The notes beneath the pieces were generated by a model, which was not told the DNA's origin, did no database searches, and was given only the letters and a program-made list of their open reading frames with translations. From Atopobiaceae bacterium (GTDB taxonomy: Bacteria > Actinomycetota > Coriobacteriia > Coriobacteriales > Atopobiaceae), in NCBI GenBank assembly GCA_017513965.1, contig JAFWMI010000119.1, positions 8,922-72,921 of the forward strand: DNA of 64,000 nucleotides. Direction: 5' to 3'. This document shows positions 36,025-45,465 of the stretch, in pieces. Position 1 is the stretch's first letter; the number at the start of each line of letters is the position of its first letter. Made by a program: the position numbers and the translations under genes.

Positions 36025-37458
36025 ATGAGTAGCACAGACCCGAACGCCTCAAGCAGGGGCCGCAGGCCAGCTGGCCAACAAAAGCGTTCCGCCGCACACA
36101 TGTCCCAGGGACAGCGCACGCGGAGCACGCGTACCTCGGCAAGCCGACAGCCTCAACAGCGTCAGGGGCAGCGGCGCACGCAGGCACACCCTCAGCAACG
36201 TGCTCCCCACGCAACGCCACACGCCCGGGCACAGGCCAATCAGCAAGGGCAGCGCGTCGCACCCGCTGCGTATCGCACGAACAGGAGACCGACCAACCGC
36301 CGCAAACGCGTTTCTCCCGTTGCCATCGTTCTTGTGGTAGTGGCTCTTGCGCTCGTGGGCGTGGGTGGCTTCTTCCTCGTGCGGCAAATCATGAGCTTTA
36401 ACGTTACCGTGAACGGGCAGGAAGTTAAGGTCTACAGCGGCGACAAGGCGAGCAAGCTCATTGACGAGGGCCTTGCTTCACCCAAGCCGGGCAACCTGCT
36501 TGCAGTCGACGGATCCATGCTCACCGAGGGCGGCGGTGCCGTTGCAACCGTAACCATCAACGGCGAGGAGGCCAGCATCGACAGCGAACTCACGAGGGAC
36601 GCCGTGGTGCAAATCGACGATGGCGGCGACACCACCGAGGAGGCAGAGACCACCGAGGAGCCCATCCCGTTCGAGAAGAAGAATGACGATACCAGCTTTG
36701 GCGCCTATTGGAACGGGTCCATACACCTACTGAGCGACGGCAAGGACGGCGTAAAGACCGTACGCACCGGCAAGACGTCTGGCCTCACGGTCTCGGAGGT
36801 AACCACGCCTCCCGTCAACGCGGGCTACCGCATTTACACCGCCAAGCCCGACGACAAGGTAATCGCCCTCACCTTCGATGACGGTCCCTGGCCCGAGACC
36901 ACCGACCAGATTTTGGACATCTTGGAGGCCAATGGCGCCAAGGCGACGTTCTTTACCATTGGCAACCAGATTGCCAACGTGCCCGAAGCCGTAAAGCGCG
37001 CCGCGCAAATGGGATGCCAGATCTGCACGCACTCGTGGGACCACGCCGAAGGTTCTGGTGGTGGCGTAGACCTCACCCAGATGTCTGCCTCCGAGCAAGT
37101 CGAGGAGGTCCAAAAGGGCTATAAGGCGATCGCCGACGTCCTAGGCGAGGAGCCGTCCCACATAATGCGCGCCCCAGGCGGCAACTTCCACGACGATATT
37201 ATCGACAATCTTTGGGACTACGTGGATGCCGAGATTGGCTGGGACGTGGACACCGAGGACTGGAGCAGGCCCGGATCCGAAGCAATCGCAAACATGATCA
37301 TGAGCGTCCAGCCCGGTCAGGTTATCCTCATGCACGATGGAGGCGGAGACCGTACGCAAACCGTCGAGGCTCTCTCCGAATGCCTGCCCAAACTGGTGGA
37401 AGAAGGATACAAGTTCGTCACGATCAACGAGCTTCTTGCTTACGGCGTACCCCAGTAA
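36025..37458 (+). CDS. Polysaccharide deacetylase (NodB-homology) family membrane protein with basic disordered N-terminus
   Basis: It has an R/Q-rich cytoplasmic tail and a TM helix (VAIVLVVVALALVGVGGFFLV). NodB motifs are LTFDDGPW, THSWDH and ILMHDGGG. Confidence 0.8.
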   Translation: MSSTDPNASSRGRRPAGQQKRSAAHMSQGQRTRSTRTSASRQPQQRQGQRRTQAHPQQRAPHATPHARAQANQQGQRVAPAAYRTNRRPTNRRKRVSPVAIVLVVVALALVGVGGFFLVRQIMSFNVTVNGQEVKVYSGDKASKLIDEGLASPKPGNLLAVDGSMLTEGGGAVATVTINGEEASIDSELTRDAVVQIDDGGDTTEEAETTEEPIPFEKKNDDTSFGAYWNGSIHLLSDGKDGVKTVRTGKTSGLTVSEVTTPPVNAGYRIYTAKPDDKVIALTFDDGPWPETTDQILDILEANGAKATFFTIGNQIANVPEAVKRAAQMGCQICTHSWDHAEGSGGGVDLTQMSASEQVEEVQKGYKAIADVLGEEPSHIMRAPGGNFHDDIIDNLWDYVDAEIGWDVDTEDWSRPGSEAIANMIMSVQPGQVILMHDGGGDRTQTVEALSECLPKLVEEGYKFVTINELLAYGVPQ

Positions 37459-37510
37459 TGACATATTCGCTGGTTAAGCATGCACGAGGACTGTCGTAGG
37501 GAGTAATTGC

Positions 37511-38179
37511 ATGGCCTTGTTTGAAAGAAAGCACCCGGTAACGGCGCTGGGAGACGAAGCGCTCACCTCAATCAAGCGCGAACTTGACTCGGTGCTCAGT
37601 ATCGCCGCCAGTTACGACCAAATGATGAGCAAGACCGGCAACATGACCATCAGCCTCGAGGGAAGAATTCGCGGGGACCTTCTTGCCTTCATGCTCTACT
37701 TGTCAGGCATTACCAAGGGCGTACGTCCCGAGGAGATTGCCGTGGTCAACCAGATCTTCGACATCGATCTTTCCCACGTCGACTTTGAGCTCTTCCGCAA
37801 GGACGTGGGAAACCGATCGTTTGAGCATGCCGTCCCTCCGTCGATTCTTATCCTCAAGGAGCTTGGAAACCGGCTCCAGCACGAACAGAGCGTCACACAG
37901 GATGGTCTTACGGCTTCCGATGTCGCTAAACGCAGCGGCGTGTCAAACATGGCCGCCGCGTTTAGCGTCGACCTCATTAATCTGTACGCCCTTATTGGCA
38001 GCGCCTTTTTAAGCGCCGACGGCATTATGGTCCAGCGGGAGTCCGCCGACTTTATTCGATATCTGTATATGATGAGCAGGGCCGTTTGGGGTCCAGATGC
38101 CACGCTGCCCGAGGGCGCGGCCCAGCGCGTTTTGGAGGCACATAAACGTCTCTTTGGTAAGGTGCCAAAGATCAAATAA
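37511..38179 (+). CDS. Hypothetical protein (222 aa, helical, no recognised motif)
   Basis: GGGAG RBS. The composition looks like real coding sequence. I recognise no family. Confidence 0.5.
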   Translation: MALFERKHPVTALGDEALTSIKRELDSVLSIAASYDQMMSKTGNMTISLEGRIRGDLLAFMLYLSGITKGVRPEEIAVVNQIFDIDLSHVDFELFRKDVGNRSFEHAVPPSILILKELGNRLQHEQSVTQDGLTASDVAKRSGVSNMAAAFSVDLINLYALIGSAFLSADGIMVQRESADFIRYLYMMSRAVWGPDATLPEGAAQRVLEAHKRLFGKVPKIK

Positions 38180-38183
38180 TCCA

Positions 38184-38214
38184 GATGCCACCGACAAAAA
38201 CTATCGGTGGCATC
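38184..38214 (+). terminator. Stem-loop after the 222-aa ORF
   Basis: The stem is the 11-bp pair gatgccaccga / tcggtggcatc with a 9-nt loop. There is no U-tract, so this could instead be an attenuator or processing site. Confidence 0.35.
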
Positions 38215-38258
38215 CATGTATACTAGGCGTATCCGCACGCATAGAGGACGAGGCCATC

Positions 38259-40010
38259 ATGGATTCCTACGACCACCTCATTGGCATAGAGGGACTGCAG
38301 GTAATGGGAATCGACTTACCTGCTTTTGCAGATGGCCTTCCTGGCGGATTCTTTATCTATGAGGCACATGGCGAGGAGCGCATCCTCTTTGCCAACAGGC
38401 AGATGGCAGACATCTTCTCATGCGAGAGCGTGAATGAGTTTCTTGACCTGGTTGGTGGCACGTTTCCAGGCCTTGTGTATCACCACGATCGTTTGCGCGT
38501 AGAGAACTCCATCTGGTCGCAAATCAATTCCGGCGATAGCAGCGACCCCTCGCATCGCGACCACGTAACGTATAGGGTAGTCGACAAGAACGGCGTCCTT
38601 AGATACATTGACGAGTATGGTCGGCTCGTACAAGACACCAAGCTCGGGGACCTCTTCTTCGTGTTTGTGGCTGAAATCTCGAGCGCAAAGGGCGCAATAG
38701 CCTCCGATGGCCGGAACCTCGTGCACCCACATGTCTCGGTGGACGTAGACGCACTCACCGGCCTTCCCTCCATGAGGTATTACCACAGCCATACCAGCGA
38801 GGTGCTCGCACGTGCCTCCATAGAGGGTACCCCCATGGTCGACGTGTATTTTGACGTAGACCACTTTAGAACCATCAACTTCCGGTTGGGCTACGAGGGC
38901 GGCGACGAAGTGCTCCAGCATGTGGCGAGCATCCTGCAAGACTGCTTTCCCAAAGACCTACTCGCACGCTTCTCTGATGATCACTTTGTGCTTGTAACCA
39001 GGCGTGAAGGTCTTGAAGACCGTCTTACGCACGTGCACGACCGCGTCTCCAGAATGGTGAGTGGTATGCCCGTTGAGATAAAAGCGGGCATTTTCGAACT
39101 CTCGCCCAACGACGTAACCATCCCCTTTGCCCATGATCGCGCCAAGGTTGCCTGCAACGCCATTAAGGGTCGATACGACCAGTTTTACCGCTTTTACGAC
39201 GATAGCCTCTCCATTAACGAGGAGCTGCGCGACTACATTATCAATCACATAGAGCAGGCGGCCGAACAGGGTTGGATTCGCAATTACTACCAACCAGTCG
39301 TTCGTGTGGCAACCCGAACCTGCTGTAGCGTGGAAGCGCTTTCGCGCTGGTTTGACCCCGAGCTTGGCATGCTGCCACCTGCCCAATACATACACGTGCT
39401 CGAGGAGGCCCGGCTCATACACCTGCTCGATCGCGCCGTTATAAATCGCTCGTGCGCCGACATTAAGCTCACGCTCAAGCGCTTGGGAACGGCGGTCCCG
39501 GTCTCGCTCAACTTCTCGCCAAGTGCACTCGCGATCGTGGATGTTCCCGCGCTCGTGGACGAGACCGTTCGGCGATACGACATTCCCAAAAAGCTGGTGC
39601 ACGTGGAGATAACCGAATCATCGCTCACGGAGGATCCCGAGTTACTTCGCTCTGTTATCAAGCGTCTGCACACATTGGGCTATGACGTATGGATGGACGA
39701 TTTTGGCTCCGGTTACTCCTCCCTCAACCTGCTCAAGGACTATGACTTTGACGTCCTTAAGGTCGACATGGAATTCTTACGGGGCATGGAAGGCAACAAG
39801 AAATCACGCACCATCGTTCACTCCATTACCAATCTGGCACATAGCCTGAACATGACCACGCTCGTTGAAGGTGTAGAGACGGAGGGACAGCTGGCATTCC
39901 TAAACACCGTGGGTGCCGATCGCGCGCAGGGATTCCTTTTCTCGGAACCCATACCATATGAAGCAATAATCGGCGACTTCTTCCTGCGGTATCCCCCCGA
40001 ACGCCTCTAG
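38259..40010 (+). CDS. c-di-GMP phosphodiesterase: sensory N-domain + degenerate GGDEF + EAL
   Basis: The ATG at 38259 avoids overlap with the previous gene. The position of the GGDEF motif reads RFSDDHF, which is degenerate. The EAL domain looks intact (VEALSRW, EITES, DDFGSGYSSL, KVD, EGVET, QGF). Confidence 0.8.
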   Translation: MDSYDHLIGIEGLQVMGIDLPAFADGLPGGFFIYEAHGEERILFANRQMADIFSCESVNEFLDLVGGTFPGLVYHHDRLRVENSIWSQINSGDSSDPSHRDHVTYRVVDKNGVLRYIDEYGRLVQDTKLGDLFFVFVAEISSAKGAIASDGRNLVHPHVSVDVDALTGLPSMRYYHSHTSEVLARASIEGTPMVDVYFDVDHFRTINFRLGYEGGDEVLQHVASILQDCFPKDLLARFSDDHFVLVTRREGLEDRLTHVHDRVSRMVSGMPVEIKAGIFELSPNDVTIPFAHDRAKVACNAIKGRYDQFYRFYDDSLSINEELRDYIINHIEQAAEQGWIRNYYQPVVRVATRTCCSVEALSRWFDPELGMLPPAQYIHVLEEARLIHLLDRAVINRSCADIKLTLKRLGTAVPVSLNFSPSALAIVDVPALVDETVRRYDIPKKLVHVEITESSLTEDPELLRSVIKRLHTLGYDVWMDDFGSGYSSLNLLKDYDFDVLKVDMEFLRGMEGNKKSRTIVHSITNLAHSLNMTTLVEGVETEGQLAFLNTVGADRAQGFLFSEPIPYEAIIGDFFLRYPPERL

Positions 40011-40069
40011 CAGCCGAGGGATTCGGGTATATAAGACTCAGTAGTTCTAGCACTATGAAAGGAAGTACC

Positions 40070-40747
40070 ATGTACATGTATGGCGACCTCGGTTACTGGG
40101 CTATCGTTATTATCTCAGTGGTCTTGGGTTTTATTACGCAGGCGTACATAAAGAGCACTTACAATAAGTGGTCCCAGGTACCCAGCGGCATGAATGCCAC
40201 TGGCGCCCAGATCGCTCGCCGCATGCTCAACGAAAACGGAGCTAGTGATTGCGGAATTGGTCGTATACCCGGCAAGCTCACCGACAACTACGATCCTCGG
40301 GACAACAGCCTGCACCTCTCGGACGACAACTACCGTGGCGGATCTGTGGCCTCGGTTGCCGTTGCTTGCCATGAGGCTGGCCATGCCATCCAAACCGCAG
40401 AAGGCTATTTTCCCGGAAAGCTCCGCACGGCACTCGTGCCAATGGTCAACTTCTCGCAAAGCATTTGGATGTTCGTCTTCCTTGCCGGCATACTCATGGG
40501 CGTTATTGGCTTGGTGCAAGTCGCCATACTCCTGTTTGCCTTTACGGTCATCTTCCAGCTGGTAACCTTGCCCGTAGAAATTGACGCCTCACGCCGCGCC
40601 GTACGCTATCTGCAAGCCTCAGGTTCGGAGATAGATCAGCGCGGAGCCAAACAGGTGCTCACTGCCGCCGCGCTTACCTACGTGGCATCCGCGCTTGTCT
40701 CGGTGCTCAACCTGCTCTACCTGCTCGGCAGAACAAACAGGCGGTAA
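40070..40747 (+). CDS. Membrane zinc metallopeptidase (Zn_peptidase_2-like)
   Basis: HEAGHAIQ is the HExxH motif. TM segments flank it. I preferred the ATG at 40070 (AAAGGAAG upstream). An alternative ATG is at 40055. Confidence 0.7.
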   Translation: MYMYGDLGYWAIVIISVVLGFITQAYIKSTYNKWSQVPSGMNATGAQIARRMLNENGASDCGIGRIPGKLTDNYDPRDNSLHLSDDNYRGGSVASVAVACHEAGHAIQTAEGYFPGKLRTALVPMVNFSQSIWMFVFLAGILMGVIGLVQVAILLFAFTVIFQLVTLPVEIDASRRAVRYLQASGSEIDQRGAKQVLTAAALTYVASALVSVLNLLYLLGRTNRR

Positions 40748-40751
40748 GCCC

Positions 40752-41690
40752 ATGGCATCGCATATGAGGAACACCCCCTCACGCAGGCCGATTCTTCCCA
40801 TTGGCATAGCGGTTGGCGTAGTTTGCGTCGCCATAGCCGCATTCTTTGGCATACGTGCGCTCCTTACGAACGACGCACGTCCCTCATCAAGCGACCAAGC
40901 CCCCGTTGTTACGGCAACAGACGAATCTCAGCCAACAAACGACACGGCAGCGACCGAGGAAAACTCGACTGATACTTCCATGGATACACAAGATGACCCA
41001 CGCAATGCCGAGTTTGCCGTAGACCCCTCGCGCACCGACTGGAACTACGAGACCGGCGACACAAAGATGGTCTACCTCACCTTTGATGACGGGCCTTCCG
41101 AGAACACCCAGCAGGTCCTCGACATCTTGGACCAATACGGCATAAAGGCCACGTTCTTCGTTACCGGCATCAATCCCGAGTACTTCCCCATGATTCGGGA
41201 GTGCTACCAGCGTGGACACACAATTGGCCTTCACACATACTCGCATGACTATGAGCAGGTATACGCCTCAACAGACGCGTATTGGGCAGACCTCGCACAG
41301 ATAGGTGAGGCAGTACAAGAGCAGATCGGCTACGTTCCCTGCTTCATTCGCTTCCCGGGCGGGTCGTCGAATACCATTTCGGCAAACTATACGCTCGGCA
41401 TTATGTCTGAGCTTGCCACAGACGTGGTGGATGCCGGGTACCAGTACTACGACTGGGATGCAAGCTGTGGCGATGGTGCTGATCACACCGCAGACGAGCT
41501 CGTAGAGGCAACCAAGGCAGACACGGCCTACGGATACCAAACCATCGTGTTCTTGGCTCACGATGGCGCTGGCAAAGCCTCAACGGTAGAAGCGCTCCCA
41601 CGCATTATTGAGTACTTCCAGTCTGAGGGATACTCATTCGCGCCATTGGACCGACAAACCCCCGCGCCTCATCATGGCATAGGCAACTAG
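40752..41690 (+). CDS. Polysaccharide deacetylase (NodB-homology) family protein, membrane anchored
   Basis: It has a TM helix (ILPIGIAVGVVCVAIAAFFGI). NodB motifs are LTFDDGPS, LHTYSHDY and FLAHDG. Confidence 0.8.
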   Translation: MASHMRNTPSRRPILPIGIAVGVVCVAIAAFFGIRALLTNDARPSSSDQAPVVTATDESQPTNDTAATEENSTDTSMDTQDDPRNAEFAVDPSRTDWNYETGDTKMVYLTFDDGPSENTQQVLDILDQYGIKATFFVTGINPEYFPMIRECYQRGHTIGLHTYSHDYEQVYASTDAYWADLAQIGEAVQEQIGYVPCFIRFPGGSSNTISANYTLGIMSELATDVVDAGYQYYDWDASCGDGADHTADELVEATKADTAYGYQTIVFLAHDGAGKASTVEALPRIIEYFQSEGYSFAPLDRQTPAPHHGIGN

Positions 41691-41711
41691 CACAGCCCAC
41701 AGCCCGAATCA

Positions 41712-42497
41712 TTACGACGCGCGCTCGAAGGCATCCTCACGGATGCCTTCGATTTCCATATTGCCAAAACGACGGAAAAAGAACTCGTCACCGTAGTTGT
41801 CGTCAACCCACTGCTCTAGGGCATTTGTAGGTGCTATGTGCGCATCGCGACCGATTACCCGCCCAAAGCACGTGAGCGTAACCGTTATGTCTGCCACCAA
41901 AAACGCCCCGAGCACTGCCGTAACGACCACACGCATTCCTGACGACGGTTCTCCAATGTGGAAGAGCACCTCCGGCATAATCACCGTGCCCCACACGAGG
42001 CCCATGAGGCCCCACGCAATCAAAAACGGCATGGCAACCCACTTCGTAACCGCCCCTGGAATGCCGCCGGCAATGTAGTCCCACGACACGGCACCCATGA
42101 ACGTCTCCATACCCCACCCCGTAACCTGTTCGAGCAGGCCACCAACAAGCATGGACGCCAAAAAGAGCTGGCCCGGCGTACCACCCCGCCTACGCACGGA
42201 CAACGAGACCGAAGTGAGCAGCACGGCACCAGTTCCATAGACCGGACTCAGGGGCCCCCAAATGAGTCCGGCGCGACTTTGGGCAATGCCCATGGAGATT
42301 CGTATCCACGTCTCCTCAAGCATGAGTCCAATGACGGAGAACAGGAAGAAGATGATAGTGACCTGATACCATCCCAGTTTAAGGTCATTGAGATACTGTT
42401 CGCGCGCCATATCGTGCAGCGTGTGCGTATGGGGCACAGTCCCAGTCCTCGCGGCTTCGTATTCTAGCTGCGTATATTCCGTGATCGAGCGGGCCAC
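41712..42497 (-). CDS. Polytopic membrane protein (tentatively CmpB/DUF1113-like)
   Basis: It has 6-7 hydrophobic segments. LEETW...GLIWGPLSPVYGTGAV...SWDY resembles that family, from memory only. Confidence 0.45.
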   Translation of the reverse strand: MARSITEYTQLEYEAARTGTVPHTHTLHDMAREQYLNDLKLGWYQVTIIFFLFSVIGLMLEETWIRISMGIAQSRAGLIWGPLSPVYGTGAVLLTSVSLSVRRRGGTPGQLFLASMLVGGLLEQVTGWGMETFMGAVSWDYIAGGIPGAVTKWVAMPFLIAWGLMGLVWGTVIMPEVLFHIGEPSSGMRVVVTAVLGAFLVADITVTLTCFGRVIGRDAHIAPTNALEQWVDDNYGDEFFFRRFGNMEIEGIREDAFERAS

Positions 42498-42599
42498 GAT
42501 ATCTTCCCTCCCCTTACGAGGAATATTCCCTCTTGGGATATATGGGATAGTCTATCAAATAATCTATAGGCGTAAAGGACAGATTTCGTCACGAAACAG

Positions 42600-43259
42600 T
42601 TAGGAACAGTTACCATCGACGCAAGGTCGCTCATGGCAACCACAGGTATAGCATTCTGCGTCGGTTACCACGAGTTGCACCGGCACGTCATGCTCATCTA
42701 CCAGCCCCTCACCGCGTAAGTCTTCACTCAGCGAAGACCCCCTACAAAGACCGATTGACACGCCGCCAAAGCGGGGGAGAAACGTGTCGTAATAACCACC
42801 GCCGTAGCCCAGACGATATCCATTCGGATCGAAGCTGAGTCCGGGTACCAGCGCGAGCATATGTTGGTTTTCGTTGAGTCGTTGTTCCCGCTCCACACAC
42901 GGCACAGGTTCTTCCACGCCATATTCGCTACGAACAAGTCCGTCAAAAGACGTTATCCGGTACCATCGCATGTCTCGTGTGCCGGGTACGCAATACGGAA
43001 GCGCCACCACCTTGCTTGCCGCCCATGCCGCCTGGATAATACCATGCGTGCGTACCTCCGGCCCAAAGTCCAAGTAGGTTAGAAGTACTTCCGCATCCGC
43101 AAATTCAGCGAGGGCAAGCACGTTCGCCTCAATCGCGGCATCCACAGCCGCACGGTTGCATGCGCCCAGCTCACGACGACGCGCGAGGAGGCTTCTGCGC
43201 AATGCGTTCTTGTGCTCGGCTATGCGCTTGTCGTCAGTTCCACGTTCCTTATGTTTCAC
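42600..43259 (-). CDS. 5-formyltetrahydrofolate cyclo-ligase
   Basis: LRRSLLARRREL, LALVPGLSFDPNGYRLGYGGGYYD is the family signature. The start was set at the GTG at 43259 (GGGGAG upstream) to avoid the long overlap implied by the track ORF. The start is uncertain. Confidence 0.75.
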   Translation of the reverse strand: MKHKERGTDDKRIAEHKNALRRSLLARRRELGACNRAAVDAAIEANVLALAEFADAEVLLTYLDFGPEVRTHGIIQAAWAASKVVALPYCVPGTRDMRWYRITSFDGLVRSEYGVEEPVPCVEREQRLNENQHMLALVPGLSFDPNGYRLGYGGGYYDTFLPRFGGVSIGLCRGSSLSEDLRGEGLVDEHDVPVQLVVTDAECYTCGCHERPCVDGNCS

Positions 43260-43266
43260 GACGAAT

Positions 43267-44244
43267 CTACTCCCCCAGCAATAGCGCGCGAAGAGCATTG
43301 GCACCCTCTTGGAAATGGTACGCACGCATACCCACACGACGAGCACCAAGCACATTGAGCTGTGTATCGTCCACAAACAGGCACGTTTTTGCATCAAGCC
43401 CATAGCGATTGAGCAGCGTTTGGTAAATGCGCGCATCGGGCTTTACCACGTGCTCATAACAAGAAACCACCATACCGTCAAAGCATGCACGCGCTGGCAG
43501 TTGCGACTCGTATTGGGCAAACGAGGTGCCTGCATTCGAAAGCAGATAGATGTTGAAGCCCGCATTCTTGAGGTCACGAATGAGCTCCTCCATGCCCTCG
43601 ATGGGAACGCGATGATTATGCCACTGCATCACGAGCTTCTCCACACACGCATGCAACCGACGCGGTGTGCGCAACTTGGACGTCCACAGCACGGTTCGCT
43701 CGTCGACCGCACCCGCATCTTGCCACGCCCACTCCACAGAGCCAAACACCGTGCTTGCGAGCAGACGCGCATCATCCTCGTTTGCGCACACACGCCTTGC
43801 CATGGCCAACGGATCCCACGCAAAGAGAACGCCTCCCATATCGAAGACGACGTTCTTTACGGGCACCACGGATCCACGAGGATGCGAGACAACCGTAGGA
43901 ACGCCCAAGTCACAAGCGCGCACATATTCGGCAAGTCGCGCGTTGGTAGTCACAATCGCCTCAACACCATGCTCCATGCCATCCGCAAGAAGTGCGCGCA
44001 TACGGTCAACATCTTCGCCCGGAATCGAAATATCACCCTGCACCTGCTCGCAGAGCTCGGAAATCCACGCGCGCTCGTCTTCGGGAGGAATGAGCACCTG
44101 CAGCCCCCATCGAGCGAGCGCCGTACGCAACCCACCAGAAGCCATCTCCTCCGCGGCTCCCAACAGGATTATGCGAGAGCACCCCAAATGGGCCAAATCG
44201 ATGCGCAGCACATCGGCCATATAGTCGGGCGGCATAACGGGCAT
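43267..44244 (-). CDS. HAD-superfamily hydrolase fused to an uncharacterised ~140-aa N-terminal domain
   Basis: The ATG at 44244 is preceded by AAGGAGAAG. The HAD motifs are VVFDMGGVL (DxG variant of motif I), LLSNAG and FVDD. The N-domain (IILLGAAEE...AIVTTNARL) is unassigned. Confidence 0.65.
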   Translation of the reverse strand: MPVMPPDYMADVLRIDLAHLGCSRIILLGAAEEMASGGLRTALARWGLQVLIPPEDERAWISELCEQVQGDISIPGEDVDRMRALLADGMEHGVEAIVTTNARLAEYVRACDLGVPTVVSHPRGSVVPVKNVVFDMGGVLFAWDPLAMARRVCANEDDARLLASTVFGSVEWAWQDAGAVDERTVLWTSKLRTPRRLHACVEKLVMQWHNHRVPIEGMEELIRDLKNAGFNIYLLSNAGTSFAQYESQLPARACFDGMVVSCYEHVVKPDARIYQTLLNRYGLDAKTCLFVDDTQLNVLGARRVGMRAYHFQEGANALRALLLGE

Positions 44245-44499
44245 ATTGCTTCTCCTTGCAAACATAAGACAAGTGGTTTGCCATGATTATACGGATTGCA
44301 GGCAAACGGTCATTTGACTCCGCAGCAATGCATGCTCCTCCTGAATGCCCTCAAGGCACGGTCGTGTGAACTGTCACTTGCGGTACGCGCTCAAAACCCT
44401 GCACACGGCCTCGCCACGAGCAAGAGTGGCGACTCAATTTGGCGCCATTCAACCTCCCAAACCCTCCACAACAATTGGCGCTGCCCTATACTGATTTAA

Positions 44500-44526
44500 A
44501 TAGGACCAAACGCATATAGGACCAAA
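44500..44526 (+). promoter_or_regulatory. Direct ATAGGACCAAA repeats just downstream of a TATACT box
   Basis: ATAGGACCAAA occurs at 44500-44510 and 44516-44526 (period 16). TATACT is at 44487-44492. This is 22 nt upstream of the AEC transporter ATG. Confidence 0.35.
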
Positions 44527-44547
44527 ACGCCGCAGTGGAGGACGCCC

Positions 44548-45453
44548 ATGGTACTTATCCTCATCAAGCAGATAGTCGTAATGCTAGCCATGATGTCCAT
44601 TGGCGTGGTGCTGTTCAAAATTGGTCAGATCGACGAAAAAGGGGTAGCTCAGCTCTCCAACCTCGCCCTCTATGTGGCCACGCCCTGCGTGGTTATACGT
44701 TCGCTCGCGATTCCGTTTGACGCCGCGCAGCTCCAAAGCGGCCTCATAGTAATGCTCTTCTTTGCCATCATCTTTGTGGCTTCAGTGGTGGTCGGACGCT
44801 TTGGCTGCGGAAAGGCGGATCACATAGGCACTTTTGCCGTGGTCTTCTCCAACACCGGTTTTGTGGGCATCCCTCTTATCCAAGGCATTCTTGGCGATGA
44901 GTACGTGTTCTTTGTAACGATGACCATGGTCGTGGGAACGATCACGTTTTGGACCTACGGCGTCCTCCTCATGAGCGGGGACAAGAACGAAGTCTCAGTC
45001 AAGAAGATCCTTACCAATCCCAACCTCATAGCCGTCGTAGTTGGCATAATCCTTTTCTTCTTTGTTGACCAACTTCCCTATATTCCGCAGCAGGTACTCA
45101 ATGCCATGGCCAACCTGAACACAGGTCTGGGCATGATTATTCTTGGCGCGACACTTGGGGCATCAAACATCGGCCTTATGGTAACCGACACGCGCTTGTA
45201 CAAGGCCATTGCCCTTCGCCTCGTGGCGGTGCCTTTGGTATGCATTCCCATTCTTATGTTTATGCCTGCGCCGTATGAGGTACGCATGGTCCTCATGATT
45301 GCGGCTGCCGCACCTGCGGCATCGGCCACCTCAATGCTCGCACTTAAGTATGGCGGTGACTACTCGTACGGTACCGGTCTTGCCATTGGCACAACCATCA
45401 TCTCCATGGTCACCATGCCGCTCGTACTCGCCCTTGCCATGCAGGTTCTTTAG
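44548..45453 (+). CDS. AEC (auxin efflux carrier) family transporter
   Basis: 301 aa with about ten TM segments. The N-terminus IKQIVVMLAMMSIGVVLFKIG...LSNLALYVATPCVVI is typical. GGAGGA RBS. Confidence 0.75.
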   Translation: MVLILIKQIVVMLAMMSIGVVLFKIGQIDEKGVAQLSNLALYVATPCVVIRSLAIPFDAAQLQSGLIVMLFFAIIFVASVVVGRFGCGKADHIGTFAVVFSNTGFVGIPLIQGILGDEYVFFVTMTMVVGTITFWTYGVLLMSGDKNEVSVKKILTNPNLIAVVVGIILFFFVDQLPYIPQQVLNAMANLNTGLGMIILGATLGASNIGLMVTDTRLYKAIALRLVAVPLVCIPILMFMPAPYEVRMVLMIAAAAPAASATSMLALKYGGDYSYGTGLAIGTTIISMVTMPLVLALAMQVL

Positions 45454-45465
45454 GAGGTAATTATC

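Noticed and set aside
38097-38258. Upstream extension of the GGDEF/EAL ORF overlapping the preceding gene
   Set aside because: It overlaps the 3' end of the 222-aa ORF and a stable hairpin. The translation is Arg/Cys/Pro-rich. An ATG at 38259 with a purine-rich RBS fits better.
42600-43436. Full 278-aa version of the 5-formyl-THF cyclo-ligase ORF
   Set aside because: The first ~59 aa overlap the upstream HAD-fusion gene in another frame and look non-coding (Cys/Trp/Val-rich). An internal GTG at 43259 was preferred, though that start remains uncertain.
43309-44286. 325-aa plus-strand ORF antisense to the HAD-fusion gene
   Set aside because: It is a shadow ORF. HAD motifs are present on the minus strand only.
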